Notes under the pieces: generated by a model
Told to the model about the DNA's origin: nothing
What the model saw: the letters and a program-made list of their open reading frames with translations, nothing else
Database searches by the model: none
Part shown: positions 52,288 through 62,515 of the stretch, one piece after another
Position numbering within the stretch: the stretch's first letter is position 1
Layout: every line of letters starts with the position of its first letter
Position numbers and translations under genes: made by a program
Assembly (NCBI GenBank): GCA_964512025.1
Contig: CAZEHM010000009.1
Span: 3,162-67,161, forward strand
Origin: an uncultured Nitrospira sp.
GTDB lineage: Bacteria; Nitrospirota; Nitrospiria; Nitrospirales; Nitrospiraceae
Direction: 5' to 3'
Length of the DNA stretch: 64,000 nucleotides

Positions 52288-53235
52288 TTAATTGAGTGAT
52301 TCACCGTCCACTAACACTTTGTCGATTCTGATCGCCCCTCGCCCCTGCCCGTCGTACGCACCGATTGCCAACAGCCGCCCCCGTTCGTCCTTCACACGGA
52401 TCGGCGACGAGGTTGGCGGAAGGTCATGCGGCAATCCGACCGGCGCACCGTGCAACACCCGCAGGGCTTGCTCCGTTGTCACCGTCACGAGCGGCAACTG
52501 CGCCAACACCTGATCCAGCGTCAACAGAACAGAGCCGACCGAGCCGATCGCCACATGCGCGGCAATCTGTTCGACCGTCAATCCCTGCTCGATCGCCAGC
52601 GACCCGACACGCGTCCGCTCAAGCGACAACAGATGTCCGCCGACGCCCAGCGCCTGTCCCATATCGGCGCACAACGTACGAATATACGTCCCCTTCGAGC
52701 AGACGACTCGCAACGCAATATCCCGTCCGTCGGCGGCCGTCACTTCAAGTTCGTGAATGACGATATCCCGCTCCGCCCGCTCAACGACTTCTCCGGCGCG
52801 CGCCGACTTATACAACGGCCGGCCGGCCACTTTCACCGCTGAATACATCGGGGGCAATTGCTTTTGCGGTCCGCGAAATCGAGCGACCACGCCGTCAAGA
52901 ATTTCAGCGCTCACACCGGCCGTATCGACCTGTTGAAGCACCGTCCCGGTCGCATCCTGCGTATCCGTCGTTTCACCCAACCGCAGGACCGCGCGATACT
53001 CCTTGTCCCAACCCACCAGATATTCCGCCACGCGTGTGGCCTTCCCGATAAGCAACGGCAATACTCCCGTCGCTGCGGGATCCAGCGTGCCGGCATGGCC
53101 CACCTTGGCCCCGCCCAATAGGCCCCGTACTTTTGCCACCACATCATGGGAGGTCCAGCCCGCCTCTTTGTTGACGATGAGCACGCCATCGCCCACACGA
53201 GTCTTTTGCCGCCCTTCCGTCACCAACGCCATCAC
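52288..53235 (-). CDS. truB: tRNA pseudouridine(55) synthase
   Basis: GHAGTLDP, PPMYSA, CSKGTYIR. Confidence 0.97.
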   Translation of the reverse strand: MMALVTEGRQKTRVGDGVLIVNKEAGWTSHDVVAKVRGLLGGAKVGHAGTLDPAATGVLPLLIGKATRVAEYLVGWDKEYRAVLRLGETTDTQDATGTVLQQVDTAGVSAEILDGVVARFRGPQKQLPPMYSAVKVAGRPLYKSARAGEVVERAERDIVIHELEVTAADGRDIALRVVCSKGTYIRTLCADMGQALGVGGHLLSLERTRVGSLAIEQGLTVEQIAAHVAIGSVGSVLLTLDQVLAQLPLVTVTTEQALRVLHGAPVGLPHDLPPTSSPIRVKDERGRLLAIGAYDGQGRGAIRIDKVLVDGESLN

Positions 53236-53657
53236 TTCGTTCTCATCGGGGGAATGATCAACTCCGCCGAACCGGACGTGCCATCGGACGTGTCTTGGGC
53301 TGTCTCATGCGGCTGCAACGCATCGAGCAATTTCATGACCCGGTCGCCACGCGGCCCCGTCTCGTCTCTCTTGAACACAATTTCCGGCAAATAGCGCAAC
53401 GCCAGCCGTCTCCCCAACTCGGCACGAACAAAACCGCTGGCCTTCGACAGTCCCGCAAACACCTCGCGCTCAGCCTGCTCTTTTTCCATCGTCGTGACGA
53501 AGATATAGGCGATCCGTAAATCCGCCGTCAGTTCAACGTCCGTCACCGTAACCGACCGCACGCGGGGATCCTTGATCTTGCGCATCAGGATGTCCGCCAC
53601 TTCCATGCGAATCTGATCTGCGACTCGGTCGGCTCGCTTATAGGTTGTCTTGGACAT
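53232..53657 (-). CDS. rbfA: Ribosome-binding factor A
   Basis: R..RVADQI, KDPR, DLRIA, LRYLPE. Confidence 0.95.
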   Translation of the reverse strand: MSKTTYKRADRVADQIRMEVADILMRKIKDPRVRSVTVTDVELTADLRIAYIFVTTMEKEQAEREVFAGLSKASGFVRAELGRRLALRYLPEIVFKRDETGPRGDRVMKLLDALQPHETAQDTSDGTSGSAELIIPPMRTK

Positions 53658-53719
53658 CGCCCACCTGTCGCACGCTCGCTCTTGTGGCCTGACTCTTGTC
53701 GGCTTCACATACAGACGCA

Positions 53720-54010
53720 TCACAGCAATTCTCGATGCACACGCACCACTTCGACGGTCGGCATGCTCTTCATGACGTTGAGCGCTTGCTCAAGAACCTG
53801 CTCGACATGGCTTCCGTCGTTGGCCACACAGGCCATTCCGAGCACCGCTTTTTGCCAGAGATCTTGGCCGTCCACTTCGGCGACGGAGAGGTTGAACTTG
53901 CCGCGCAGGCGGTCCTTCAGGCTATGCAAAACCTGCCGTTTATCCTTGAGCGACTGACTCTCCGGAATCCACAGCTCGACGGTGCAGACCCCCACCACCA
54001 TCTCAGCCAT
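53720..54010 (-). CDS. DUF503 (YlxP-like) protein
   Basis: SLKDKR, FNLSVAEV..QDLWQ. Confidence 0.9.
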   Translation of the reverse strand: MAEMVVGVCTVELWIPESQSLKDKRQVLHSLKDRLRGKFNLSVAEVDGQDLWQKAVLGMACVANDGSHVEQVLEQALNVMKSMPTVEVVRVHRELL

Positions 54011-54036
54011 GCCACCACACCTGCCGGCGCTACCAC

Positions 54037-56625
54037 TTAAAGTTTTCCGGCGATTTTATCGATCGTATAGGCCTCGATCACATCACCGGCCTTGATATCG
54101 TTGAAGTTCTCGATGCTAATGCCGCACTCATAACCCTGCTGAACTTCACGCACGTCATCTTTAAACCGGCGCAACGATCCGAGACGCCCTTCGAACACCA
54201 CCACATTGTCCCGAATAAGTCTGACTCCCACAGCCGCTCGGGAGATCGTTCCCTCGACGACGTAAGAGCCGGCCACAACCCCGGCTTTGGGAATCGTAAA
54301 GACTTGGCGCACTTCCGCCCGGCCCAGCGACCGCTCTTTGAGCGTGGGGTCCAGCAACCCTTCCATCGCCGCTTTAATATCGGACAGCGCTTCATAAATA
54401 ATCGTGTACAAACGAACGTCGACCCCTTGCTGCTCGGCCAGAGCCGCGGCCTTCGGTTCAGGGCGGACATTGAACCCAATAATGATCGCGCGCGAGGCGG
54501 CGGCCAGCAGCACATCGGACTCCGTAATACCACCGACGCCGTTATGAATGACCCGGATTCTGACCGCAGGGGTGGGGAGCTTCTCGACGGCCGCGGCAAG
54601 AGCCTCGGAAGAACCCTGCACATCGGCCTTGATGACGATGGCCAGTTCCTTCGCGGACCCTTCCTTAATTCTTGCAAAGAGATCGTCGAGCGAGACTTTC
54701 GCCTGGCCCGCCAGATCCGCTGTCCGCTGCTTCTGGGCCCGCTCGTCGGCAATTTCCCGCGCCACTCGCTCATCGGAAACGACCTGGAATACATCTCCGG
54801 CGGAAGGCACGCCCGGCAACCCGATCACCTCGACTGGAATCGACGGCGCCGCCTGCTGCGTCTTGACACCCCGGTCGTTGAGCAAGGCACGGACGCGACC
54901 GCTGAACGTTCCGACGACGAAGACATCGCCGACTTTGAGCGTGCCGCTTTGCACAAGCACCGTGGCAACAGGACCACGTCCCCGCTCCAGCTTGGCCTCT
55001 ACGACGGTTCCCTTAGCCTGACGATGAGGATCGGCCTTCAACTCCAACACTTCCGACTGGAGCAAAATCATTTCGAGCAATGTGTCGAGCCCGGTCTTCT
55101 GCTTGGCCGACACCTCGACCATGATGGTATCGCCACCCCAGGCTTCGGAAATCAGTCCGTGCTCGGAGAGCGCATTGCGTACCCGGTCCGGATTGGCCTC
55201 GGGCTTGTCGATTTTATTCATGGCCACGATCAGTGGCACCCCTGCCGCTTTGGCATGGTTGATGGCTTCGATGGTCTGCGGCATCACGCCATCGTCGGCG
55301 GCCACCACAAGAATGACGATGTCTGTTACCTTGGCCCCACGCGATCGCATGGCGGTAAAGGCTTCATGGCCGGGCGTATCCAGGAACGTCACCTGCTTCC
55401 CGTGGACCGACACGGTATAGGCGCCGATGTGCTGCGTGATCCCGCCCGCTTCGCCCTCGGCTACCTTCGTTTGCCTGATCGCATCCAGCAGAGAGGTTTT
55501 CCCGTGATCGACATGACCCATGATGGTGACGACCGGAGGCCTGGGCTCCAGGCGCTCATCGCCCTCACCTGCTTGCACCACAGCCTCCAGGAGCTCGTCC
55601 CCGGCCTTTTCGACGGCGATCTCAATCTTGACACCGGCTTCCTCGGCAATCATCGCGGCCGCATCCATATTCATCGGCTGATTGAAGGTGAGCATCTGCC
55701 CCATTTCCATCAGCTTTCGCACAATGTCCGCCGGACGCTGCCCGATCAACTCGGCAAATTCCTTGACGGTTGTCCCCAACGTAACCTTGACGCTCTTTCT
55801 GCGCGGCTTGGTAATTTCCGAGGGCGCGCTATGATGGAGATGCCGGGAGCGATCGTCGCGGCGCTGTACCGTCGGAATGGCACGAAGATCCTGCCACCGG
55901 GCCGCATCTTCACGATGCTTCACATCCGGCTCTTCCTTGGGCCGACCGGTCTTTTTCGCTTTTTTGAGCTTTTCCTTGAGCCCTTCCGCTTCAATCGCCT
56001 CCAGCGCCTGGCTCTTCTTTTTCGCCGCAAGCGCTTCCGGTGTCATCGTCACCCCCGGCGCAACAGCCGCCGGCTTTGCAACAACGGGTTGGACCGGAGG
56101 GGGCGGAGGCGGCTCCGCGAGAATGGTTCCGATTTCAGGTAATTCAGGCAGCGTCACGACAGGCGGAGCGACGGGCGGTTCACTGACCACCGGCTGTACG
56201 GCGGCGGGTACCGCAGCGACGGGCGATATCTCGCTCTCGCTCGGCGGCGGCGACACAGGAACAGCCGCCTCGACCGGTTCATCTTCCTTCTTGCGCTTGA
56301 TGAGAATGCGCCGTTTGTCCGCCTTTGCCGGCTCCTCGACGATCGCGGCCTTGGAGGCAGACGCCTTGGCGCCGTGCCCTCCCTCGTGCTTTACCTCAGT
56401 GTCGCGTGTTTTTCCGACCACATCGTCGCCTGACGCCTTCCCACTCGCCTTCACGGCCCCTTTGGCTTTCGGGCTGAGTTTTTCCAGAGCCTTTTGCACC
56501 GTGTCGTCATCGAGCGCACTGCTGTGAGAGGCGACAGGCACACCCATCTTCTTGAGTTCAGGGATGAGATCTTTATTCTCCATCCCGAGTTTCTTCGCTA
56601 ATTCATAAACGCGCATTGCAGACAC
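54037..56625 (-). CDS. infB: Translation initiation factor IF-2
   Basis: [21 protein letters not shown]; Pro-rich N-terminal linker. Confidence 0.98.
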   Translation of the reverse strand: MSAMRVYELAKKLGMENKDLIPELKKMGVPVASHSSALDDDTVQKALEKLSPKAKGAVKASGKASGDDVVGKTRDTEVKHEGGHGAKASASKAAIVEEPAKADKRRILIKRKKEDEPVEAAVPVSPPPSESEISPVAAVPAAVQPVVSEPPVAPPVVTLPELPEIGTILAEPPPPPPVQPVVAKPAAVAPGVTMTPEALAAKKKSQALEAIEAEGLKEKLKKAKKTGRPKEEPDVKHREDAARWQDLRAIPTVQRRDDRSRHLHHSAPSEITKPRRKSVKVTLGTTVKEFAELIGQRPADIVRKLMEMGQMLTFNQPMNMDAAAMIAEEAGVKIEIAVEKAGDELLEAVVQAGEGDERLEPRPPVVTIMGHVDHGKTSLLDAIRQTKVAEGEAGGITQHIGAYTVSVHGKQVTFLDTPGHEAFTAMRSRGAKVTDIVILVVAADDGVMPQTIEAINHAKAAGVPLIVAMNKIDKPEANPDRVRNALSEHGLISEAWGGDTIMVEVSAKQKTGLDTLLEMILLQSEVLELKADPHRQAKGTVVEAKLERGRGPVATVLVQSGTLKVGDVFVVGTFSGRVRALLNDRGVKTQQAAPSIPVEVIGLPGVPSAGDVFQVVSDERVAREIADERAQKQRTADLAGQAKVSLDDLFARIKEGSAKELAIVIKADVQGSSEALAAAVEKLPTPAVRIRVIHNGVGGITESDVLLAAASRAIIIGFNVRPEPKAAALAEQQGVDVRLYTIIYEALSDIKAAMEGLLDPTLKERSLGRAEVRQVFTIPKAGVVAGSYVVEGTISRAAVGVRLIRDNVVVFEGRLGSLRRFKDDVREVQQGYECGISIENFNDIKAGDVIEAYTIDKIAGKL

Positions 56626-56640
56626 TGGTTGAACTCGATT

Positions 56641-57792
56641 CTAATTCGATTCGTTTTCTTCGGCCCTGGCGGCTTGCCGGGCCTCTTCCTGCAGTCGCTG
56701 CGCTTCGGCTTCATCGGCCATCGCAGCCTTGATTTCCTTATCGCGCTCCACTTTCTCTTTTTCGTATTCCGTCGCGCTGATGATATCGATCTTCCATCCG
56801 GTCAAGCGGGCCGCCAACCGCACATTCTGCCCGTTCTTCCCGATGGCCAGCGACAACTGGGAATCGGCCACTACGACCAGCGCCGACTTCTTCTCGTCGT
56901 CGATGCCGACTTTTTCGATCGTGGCCGGATTCAGCGCTTCCGCAATGAACACACGGGGATCCTGCGTCCAGGTGATGATGTCGATCTTCTCCCCCCGGAG
57001 CTCGCGAACGACCGCCTGCACACGCGACCCCTTGATCCCGACACAGGCGCCGACCGGATCGACCGCCTTCTCACGCGAGGTCACCGCAATCTTCGTACGA
57101 TCGCCAGGCTCCCTGACGATCGACTTGATCTCCACGATCTTTTCCATGACTTCGGGGACTTCAAGCTCGAACAACTTTGAGACAAACTGAGGATGGCTCC
57201 GTGTCAGGATGACCTGGACATCCTTCGGCGTGCGACGCACCTCCAGCAACATCGCCTTGACCCGGTCGCCCCGCCGGTACGTTTCACGAGGAATCTGTTC
57301 CTGAATCGGAAGTACCGCTTCAGTCTTGCCAAGGTCCACCAGATAGTTCCGGCGTTCCATGCCGAGGATGATGCCGTTGACGAGATCGCCCTGCCTGGTC
57401 GAATATTCTTTCTGAACCGCTTCCCACTCGGCCTCGCGCACCTTTTGAAAGATGACCTGCTTCGCCGTCTGCGCCGCGATACGGCCGAGTTCATCCATTT
57501 CGATCAGCGAACCGATTTCGTCGCCCACTTCCGCTTCACTATCGAGCTGGCGGGCTTCCTGAAGGGAGATTTCCGCCTTCGGATTGCTGACGTGATCGAC
57601 AATCGTCTTCTTTGAGACCACAGAGATCTCACCGGTCTTGGAGTCGATCTCGACTTGAATGTTCTCCGCCTGCCCGAAACGCTTTTTAGCTGCAGTTTGG
57701 AGGGCGGACTCGATGGCCCCGATGACGCGGGACTTGTCGATGCCTTTCTGGCGTCCAATCTCGTCGATGACTGCGATTAATTCTCGGTTCAT
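56641..57792 (-). CDS. nusA: Transcription factor NusA
   Basis: GRIAAQTAKQV, S1 and KH domains, AIGKNGQNVRLA. Confidence 0.98.
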   Translation of the reverse strand: MNRELIAVIDEIGRQKGIDKSRVIGAIESALQTAAKKRFGQAENIQVEIDSKTGEISVVSKKTIVDHVSNPKAEISLQEARQLDSEAEVGDEIGSLIEMDELGRIAAQTAKQVIFQKVREAEWEAVQKEYSTRQGDLVNGIILGMERRNYLVDLGKTEAVLPIQEQIPRETYRRGDRVKAMLLEVRRTPKDVQVILTRSHPQFVSKLFELEVPEVMEKIVEIKSIVREPGDRTKIAVTSREKAVDPVGACVGIKGSRVQAVVRELRGEKIDIITWTQDPRVFIAEALNPATIEKVGIDDEKKSALVVVADSQLSLAIGKNGQNVRLAARLTGWKIDIISATEYEKEKVERDKEIKAAMADEAEAQRLQEEARQAARAEENESN

Positions 57793-57845
57793 AAATTTAG
57801 GCTCCTGCTCGATCGTGCGGGACTGCAACCACTCCTGACCACCGG

Positions 57846-58355
57846 CTACATCTCAATCACTAGCCGGGCCTCCGCGACAGAGTGGCGATCCAGTTTCACT
57901 GTGTCCGTCGTGGCGGCCTTCGACGCGATCGCCAGAACGACCGAGTCTTCATCCGCCTGCACTAACTCTCCGATAATACGCCATTGGCCGTCAAGCGGCT
58001 GCTTCAGCTTCACGCTCACCCGCTTCCCGACCGCACGCTGATAGTCTTGGAGCCGTTTGAACGGGCGGTCAAGCCCTGGTGAGGACACTTCAAGCGTGTA
58101 GGCGTGGGGAAACGGATCGGCAACATCCAGCGCGGGACCTACCGCCAAATGGGCCCGCTCACAATCAGAAACGGTCACCCCACCTGGCTTGTCGATCAGC
58201 ACTCGGACAACGGATCGGGAACCTTGCCCGACACACACCACGTCCACTAATTCCAACCCTAGCGTCCAGAGAATCGGAGAAAGAAGTTCCTGAATCCGAT
58301 CAACGGACGACCGGGATCCATGCTCCGGAATACTCAACGCGGTATCCTCTGACAC
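57846..58355 (-). CDS. rimP: Ribosome maturation factor RimP
   Basis: YTLEVSSPGLDRP. Confidence 0.95.
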   Translation of the reverse strand: MSEDTALSIPEHGSRSSVDRIQELLSPILWTLGLELVDVVCVGQGSRSVVRVLIDKPGGVTVSDCERAHLAVGPALDVADPFPHAYTLEVSSPGLDRPFKRLQDYQRAVGKRVSVKLKQPLDGQWRIIGELVQADEDSVVLAIASKAATTDTVKLDRHSVAEARLVIEM

Positions 58356-58370
58356 TGCTTAACATCCGCC

Positions 58371-58400
58371 AAAACAAAAAAGTGGGCCTGAGCCCACTTC
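58371..58400 (-). terminator. rimP leader terminator/attenuator hairpin
   Basis: Minus strand GAAGTGGGC-TCAG-GCCCACTT-TTTTGTTTT just upstream of rimP. Confidence 0.75.
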
Positions 58401-58430
58401 CAGCGACGGCACATTAACACGCCCCCCCCC

Positions 58431-59285
58431 TCAAAGCAAGGGGGACGCCCCCGTAAACACCGCCCAACGGGTAGCCAGGGCTCGCGCCACCGGTCCGGGT
58501 CGCCCATCGCCGATCGTCCGTCCGTCGACCTGAACCACCGCGAGAACTTCCACGGTCGTGCCGGTTAGAAACACTTCATCGGCGGTATAGAGCGACGCAA
58601 CCGGCAGGAACTGTTCGCGCACCGGAATTCCCGCCGCCTTTGCCAGATCCAAGACCACCGTCCGGGTCACCCCCGAGAGAATACGCGGACCTTCCGGAGC
58701 CGTCACCACGGTTCCCGCTTGAACCGCCATGACATTACTAACCGACCCCTCCGTGACCAGGCCGTCTTTCACCAGAATCGCCTCAAACACGCCGGCCCGC
58801 TTTGCCTCTTCACGAGCCAATACATTCGCCAATAAATTCACACTTTTGATGTCGCAACGCCCCCAGCGCAAATCCTCGCAGGTCTTGGCAATAACCCCGG
58901 CCTCTCTGACCTTCACCGGAAAGGGCGCCAACTCCCGGATCGTCATCACCACCGTCGGGGCGACATTCGAGGGAAAGGCATGATCTCTCGCAGCCACCCC
59001 GCGAGTAATCTGGAGATACACCTTGGCCTCGGCATATCCGGCGTCCCGAATCCCCTGTTGGATCCACGCGGTCCACTGCGCCCTGGTATAGGGTTGAATC
59101 AGACTGAGTTCACGCGCACTGCGATCAAGCCGATTGAGGTGCGCGTCAAGTTCAAAGGGACGGCCATGATAGGTCCGAATGACTTCGTACACGCCATCGC
59201 CGAACTGAAACCCTCGATCTTCGATCGGGACGGTCGCCTCATGCCAGGGAAGAAATCGTCCGTTGATAAATGCAATATCGGGCAC
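58431..59285 (-). CDS. PLP class IV aminotransferase (D-amino-acid transaminase-like)
   Basis: DRGFQFGDGVYEV, RCDIKSVNLL, EGSVSN, ILSGVTR. Confidence 0.88.
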   Translation of the reverse strand: MPDIAFINGRFLPWHEATVPIEDRGFQFGDGVYEVIRTYHGRPFELDAHLNRLDRSARELSLIQPYTRAQWTAWIQQGIRDAGYAEAKVYLQITRGVAARDHAFPSNVAPTVVMTIRELAPFPVKVREAGVIAKTCEDLRWGRCDIKSVNLLANVLAREEAKRAGVFEAILVKDGLVTEGSVSNVMAVQAGTVVTAPEGPRILSGVTRTVVLDLAKAAGIPVREQFLPVASLYTADEVFLTGTTVEVLAVVQVDGRTIGDGRPGPVARALATRWAVFTGASPLL

Positions 59286-59290
59286 GACAA

Positions 59291-59635
59291 TCAGCCTTTC
59301 CCGGTTGGTGCGACCTGAATCAGAAATATCCGGCGATCTTCCGCCGTGAATTTCCATCCCATGCGTTTTTCGAATACTAATTCATACGCCCCGAGCAGCA
59401 CCCCTTGAAATTCGAACGTGCGTTGCCCGTTCTCGACCGCGTTATTCCCGGCGACTCTGAGAAACCGGTCATCCACCAGGGTCAATGCCTTGGTGTTATA
59501 ACTCGGAACCCACTGTTCCCCGCGGGTACGGTCTTCCCACAGACGGATGGTAAACGGATGCCCCAGCACGGCGTCAATGGCTCGACTCTCTTGGCCGTCC
59601 GAAGAACCCGACACATTCTGCCCGACACTATTCAT
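59291..59635 (-). CDS. Chagasin/I42 inhibitor-like protein
   Basis: FTIRLWEDRTRGEQW...G.RTFEF...G.YELVFEKR..W pattern. Confidence 0.6.
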   Translation of the reverse strand: MNSVGQNVSGSSDGQESRAIDAVLGHPFTIRLWEDRTRGEQWVPSYNTKALTLVDDRFLRVAGNNAVENGQRTFEFQGVLLGAYELVFEKRMGWKFTAEDRRIFLIQVAPTGKG

Positions 59636-59680
59636 GACGATCCATCTGCTCCCTGGACGACGCGCCCCCTCAATCTGCTG

Positions 59681-59998
59681 CTAAGCCTTTCGGCGGGGGC
59701 CGACAAAAATATCCGCACCCTCCACACAAACCTCATAACTGCCGATACAATAGCCGCCGCCGTCGGTTCCCTGCCCGCTTCGAATGTCAAACGCCAAGTC
59801 GTGCCAGGGACAGGCCACCACGTACCCTTTCAAACGGCCTTCGTTCAGCGGTCCGCCTTCATGCGGACACAGATTGTGAATCGCGTAAAATTTGCCGTCG
59901 ATATTGAACAGCGCAATCGCCTTGTCATTGACCTTCACGACTTTCGATTGCCCGGGCGCCACTTCACTCAGTCCGGCAACCCGTTGAAACCCCTCCAT
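59681..59998 (-). CDS. Rieske [2Fe-2S] ferredoxin
   Basis: CPHEG...CPWH. Confidence 0.93.
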   Translation of the reverse strand: MEGFQRVAGLSEVAPGQSKVVKVNDKAIALFNIDGKFYAIHNLCPHEGGPLNEGRLKGYVVACPWHDLAFDIRSGQGTDGGGYCIGSYEVCVEGADIFVGPRRKA

Positions 59999-60060
59999 AC
60001 CCCTCTCCTTAATATGCCCGAAACCACACTACGCTCTGCCTGCAACACCGCGCAATGCCG

Positions 60061-60561
60061 TTACATGCGAAGGAAATACTTCAGTTCGTCCCCGTTTACA
60101 ACACCAACCCGCTGGATGAATCCTGCCTCGGTTTCCAGCACATAGCGCGCCGCCTCCGGCGGAGGGCCGAAGAACGGGCAGGGATCCTTCTCGCAAGGGC
60201 TCGCGCGCTCAACCGTATGCACCACATGATGGCTCTCGTCGACCCAGATCATGTCTACCGGGAATCGAAATTCCTTAGTCCGGACTCGATGAAGCCCATT
60301 GGACTCAAAGATATAAAGCATCCCGGTATTGGGCGGCAACTGCTCACGAAACGCGAGCCCGAACAGCAACTTTTCCGGGGTCTCTGCCACTTCAGCCTCG
60401 ATGGTCTCCCCGTGAGGGAACGTCACTACGATAATGTCGGTGTCCTTCTGCGGCACGAGAAACATCGACACGCTCATTAATAAGATCGCCAGCAGGATCA
60501 TCATGATGATCCGCTTCTTCTTCTGCTCTCGCTCGCTCCCCTGCGTCTGCATACGTCCCAT
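60061..60561 (-). CDS. DUF192-family protein
   Basis: EVAETP...GL.FRE.LP..GMLYIF; YVLE..AG; N-terminal TM. Confidence 0.88.
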   Translation of the reverse strand: MGRMQTQGSEREQKKKRIIMMILLAILLMSVSMFLVPQKDTDIIVVTFPHGETIEAEVAETPEKLLFGLAFREQLPPNTGMLYIFESNGLHRVRTKEFRFPVDMIWVDESHHVVHTVERASPCEKDPCPFFGPPPEAARYVLETEAGFIQRVGVVNGDELKYFLRM

Positions 60562-60778
60562 CACACTCGTGTTCACATCTATGAATAGCCAGTACGGGGA
60601 GGCCTCCATGGGCCATATTCCCTCGAATTCTAGGCCTTCTGACCGGAAGCGGTTCTGTTGACTTGGAAAAGAATCACAGAATAGAATGGCCTCCACACTG
60701 CGCACGCACTATGGTCGTGGCGGCGCAATCTTGTCAATATTGTTTGTTGTCTTAAGAAGTGAGAAGGAGGCGTGGGTC

Positions 60779-61126
60779 ATGGCACTGCTGATTACCGACG
60801 AATGTATTTCCTGTGGGGCTTGCCTGCCTGAATGTCCCAATGAGGCGATTTTTGAAACCCGGAGCGATGCTGAGGGCAAGGGCCATCACGTAGGCGACGG
60901 TCAGGGCGTAGGCGACAACATCTACATCATCACCCATGATCGCTGCACGGAATGCGTCGGCCACTTCGATGAACCGCAGTGCGCAGCCGTCTGCCCCGTC
61001 GACAATTGCTGCATCTCCGACCCGGCCTATCCGGAAACCACCGACGTATTGATGGCAAAGGCCAAATCGTTGAATCCCGACAAGGCCATCGACGAGACAA
61101 AAATCTGGAGCGGCGTCAGAAATTAA
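60779..61126 (+). CDS. YfhL-type 2[4Fe-4S] ferredoxin
   Basis: CISCGACLPECPN and CTECVGHFDEPQCAAVCPV. Confidence 0.93.
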   Translation: MALLITDECISCGACLPECPNEAIFETRSDAEGKGHHVGDGQGVGDNIYIITHDRCTECVGHFDEPQCAAVCPVDNCCISDPAYPETTDVLMAKAKSLNPDKAIDETKIWSGVRN

Positions 61127-61144
61127 GGCTCCGTTGATAGTCAA

Positions 61145-61190
61145 ACGAAGGCCGCGTCGCTTTCAAAAGTGACGCGGCCTTCGTATTTTT
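61145..61190 (+). terminator. Intrinsic terminator of the ferredoxin gene
   Basis: ACGAAGGCCGCGTC...GACGCGGCCTTCGT-ATTTTT. Confidence 0.8.
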
Positions 61191-61340
61191 CTCAGGCCGC
61201 TTCTCAACCCGTCACGCCCCCTTCTTCAGCGATACATCTAGAATTGAAGGCGGCGGAGGCGTAGACTGATGATGGCTGCTACAGCCCTTCTCTGCAGCGA
61301 GCGGCAACCGAACCTCTTACCCCACCCTGGAGGTGCCGTC

Positions 61341-61670
61341 ATGCGCCAACTCTGGCTACCAAGCCTCGTCCTCCTCGCGACAGTCTTCAGTCCCGGCATC
61401 GGCAACGCCAGCACCACCGAACTGGGATCAATCATTGAGAGTTTTATTACCCATCACTTTCCGGACGCCACCAGCCACATCTGGATCGTCAATGGCACGG
61501 AATGGGATGGAGATGAGATGGTCGTTGACGTCCGTACAACGGTGATTGAAAAGCAGCTGCCGGCTCCGATCGAAAATCGATACCTGCTGCTCATCAAAGA
61601 AGGAAAGCTGACTGCGGCCCAGCGCATTCCGCTCGAAGATGGGGCAGACTGCCAACGCGAAGAGACCTAG
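61341..61670 (+). CDS. Small secreted hypothetical protein
   Basis: GGAGG RBS; signal peptide; no recognised domain. Confidence 0.65.
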   Translation: MRQLWLPSLVLLATVFSPGIGNASTTELGSIIESFITHHFPDATSHIWIVNGTEWDGDEMVVDVRTTVIEKQLPAPIENRYLLLIKEGKLTAAQRIPLEDGADCQREET

Positions 61671-61704
61671 CTCACCGCTCGCGGCTTTCCCTCAGGAAAA
61701 ACAG

Positions 61705-61738
61705 AACGGCCTCCACGGAATCTTCCGTGGAGGCCGTT
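61705..61738 (-). terminator. Terminator hairpin after the cupredoxin gene
   Basis: AACGGCCTCCACGGAA-TC-TTCCGTGGAGGCCGTT, followed on the minus strand by CTGTTTTT. Confidence 0.75.
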
Positions 61739-61763
61739 TCATGAAATCACACCGGGAGTCGAA

Positions 61764-62240
61764 TTACTTCAACATCACCAGCTTGCCGCCGACATGCGCC
61801 GGATGGAGATGGCAGCGATACTGAAGCACGTTGCCCGCCGCATAGAAGAGATCGCTGGTCGGGACCCCGATATACTTGGTCTCGCCCGGCTTGAGCACCA
61901 GCGTCGTGTTCAACGTCCAGGGACCGGATTGATTCACAGCAGCCGTGAGTTGGAACCCGTGATCTGCGGTCGAATTGTTCGTCACCTTCAAAAGCACCGG
62001 AGCTCCAGCGCGATTTTTGAAGTCGATGACCGTCGTCGGCGGATACCAGGTCTTCATGTTGCCGATTTCGATGGCATAGAATGAGGCATCCACTTCAAGT
62101 TCCTTGAATGGCTGGCCTACGACCGATCCTGTTTCAAGATCGCCGATCTCAACGCCGCCGGCTTGGAGTGCAAATGCAGCCGAGGCACCAGCGACGCTCA
62201 ACCCGAGGCCAAAGAGGACCGATAACATCGTCTTGCCCAT
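61764..62240 (-). CDS. Secreted cupredoxin-fold protein, nitrosocyanin-like
   Basis: VTNNSTADHGF, LKPGETK, YRCHLHPAHVGG; signal peptide; AAGGAGG RBS. Confidence 0.8.
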   Translation of the reverse strand: MGKTMLSVLFGLGLSVAGASAAFALQAGGVEIGDLETGSVVGQPFKELEVDASFYAIEIGNMKTWYPPTTVIDFKNRAGAPVLLKVTNNSTADHGFQLTAAVNQSGPWTLNTTLVLKPGETKYIGVPTSDLFYAAGNVLQYRCHLHPAHVGGKLVMLK

Positions 62241-62383
62241 GACCTACCTCCTTAAAAAGAAGAAGAGATGTGATTAGGTTGGTAAATAACTTCCGCCAAG
62301 CTCTGATAGCCTTGACTGATCCGATACCGTCCGACGCTCACTCTTTCACCCTGTGCCGACAATTGCTACATCACGAGGCGAAC

Positions 62384-62413
62384 TTTATAGCATAGGCCTC
62401 AAAATGGAAGCAA
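62384..62413 (-). promoter_or_regulatory. Sigma70-type promoter of the cupredoxin gene
   Basis: Minus strand TTGCTT-N18-TATAAA with an extended TG. Confidence 0.5.
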
Positions 62414-62515
62414 GCAGCTTCTCTTACAGGCTCTTGCGATTATTCCCTCTCTCTCCGTCTTCGACATGAGCGACAAGGAGCCAGCAAATTCAATCGCTTA
62501 GAATGCATATTCCAA

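Noticed and set aside
54304..56142. 612-aa plus-strand ORF opposite infB, and many similar antisense ORFs (e.g. 5909-6889, 7531-8499, 62897-63859)
   Set aside because: They are shadow frames of GC-rich genes with no recognisable motifs.
56040..56280. Pro/Val/Ala-rich stretch in IF-2
   Set aside because: Ordinary low-complexity IF-2 linker, not a DNA repeat array.
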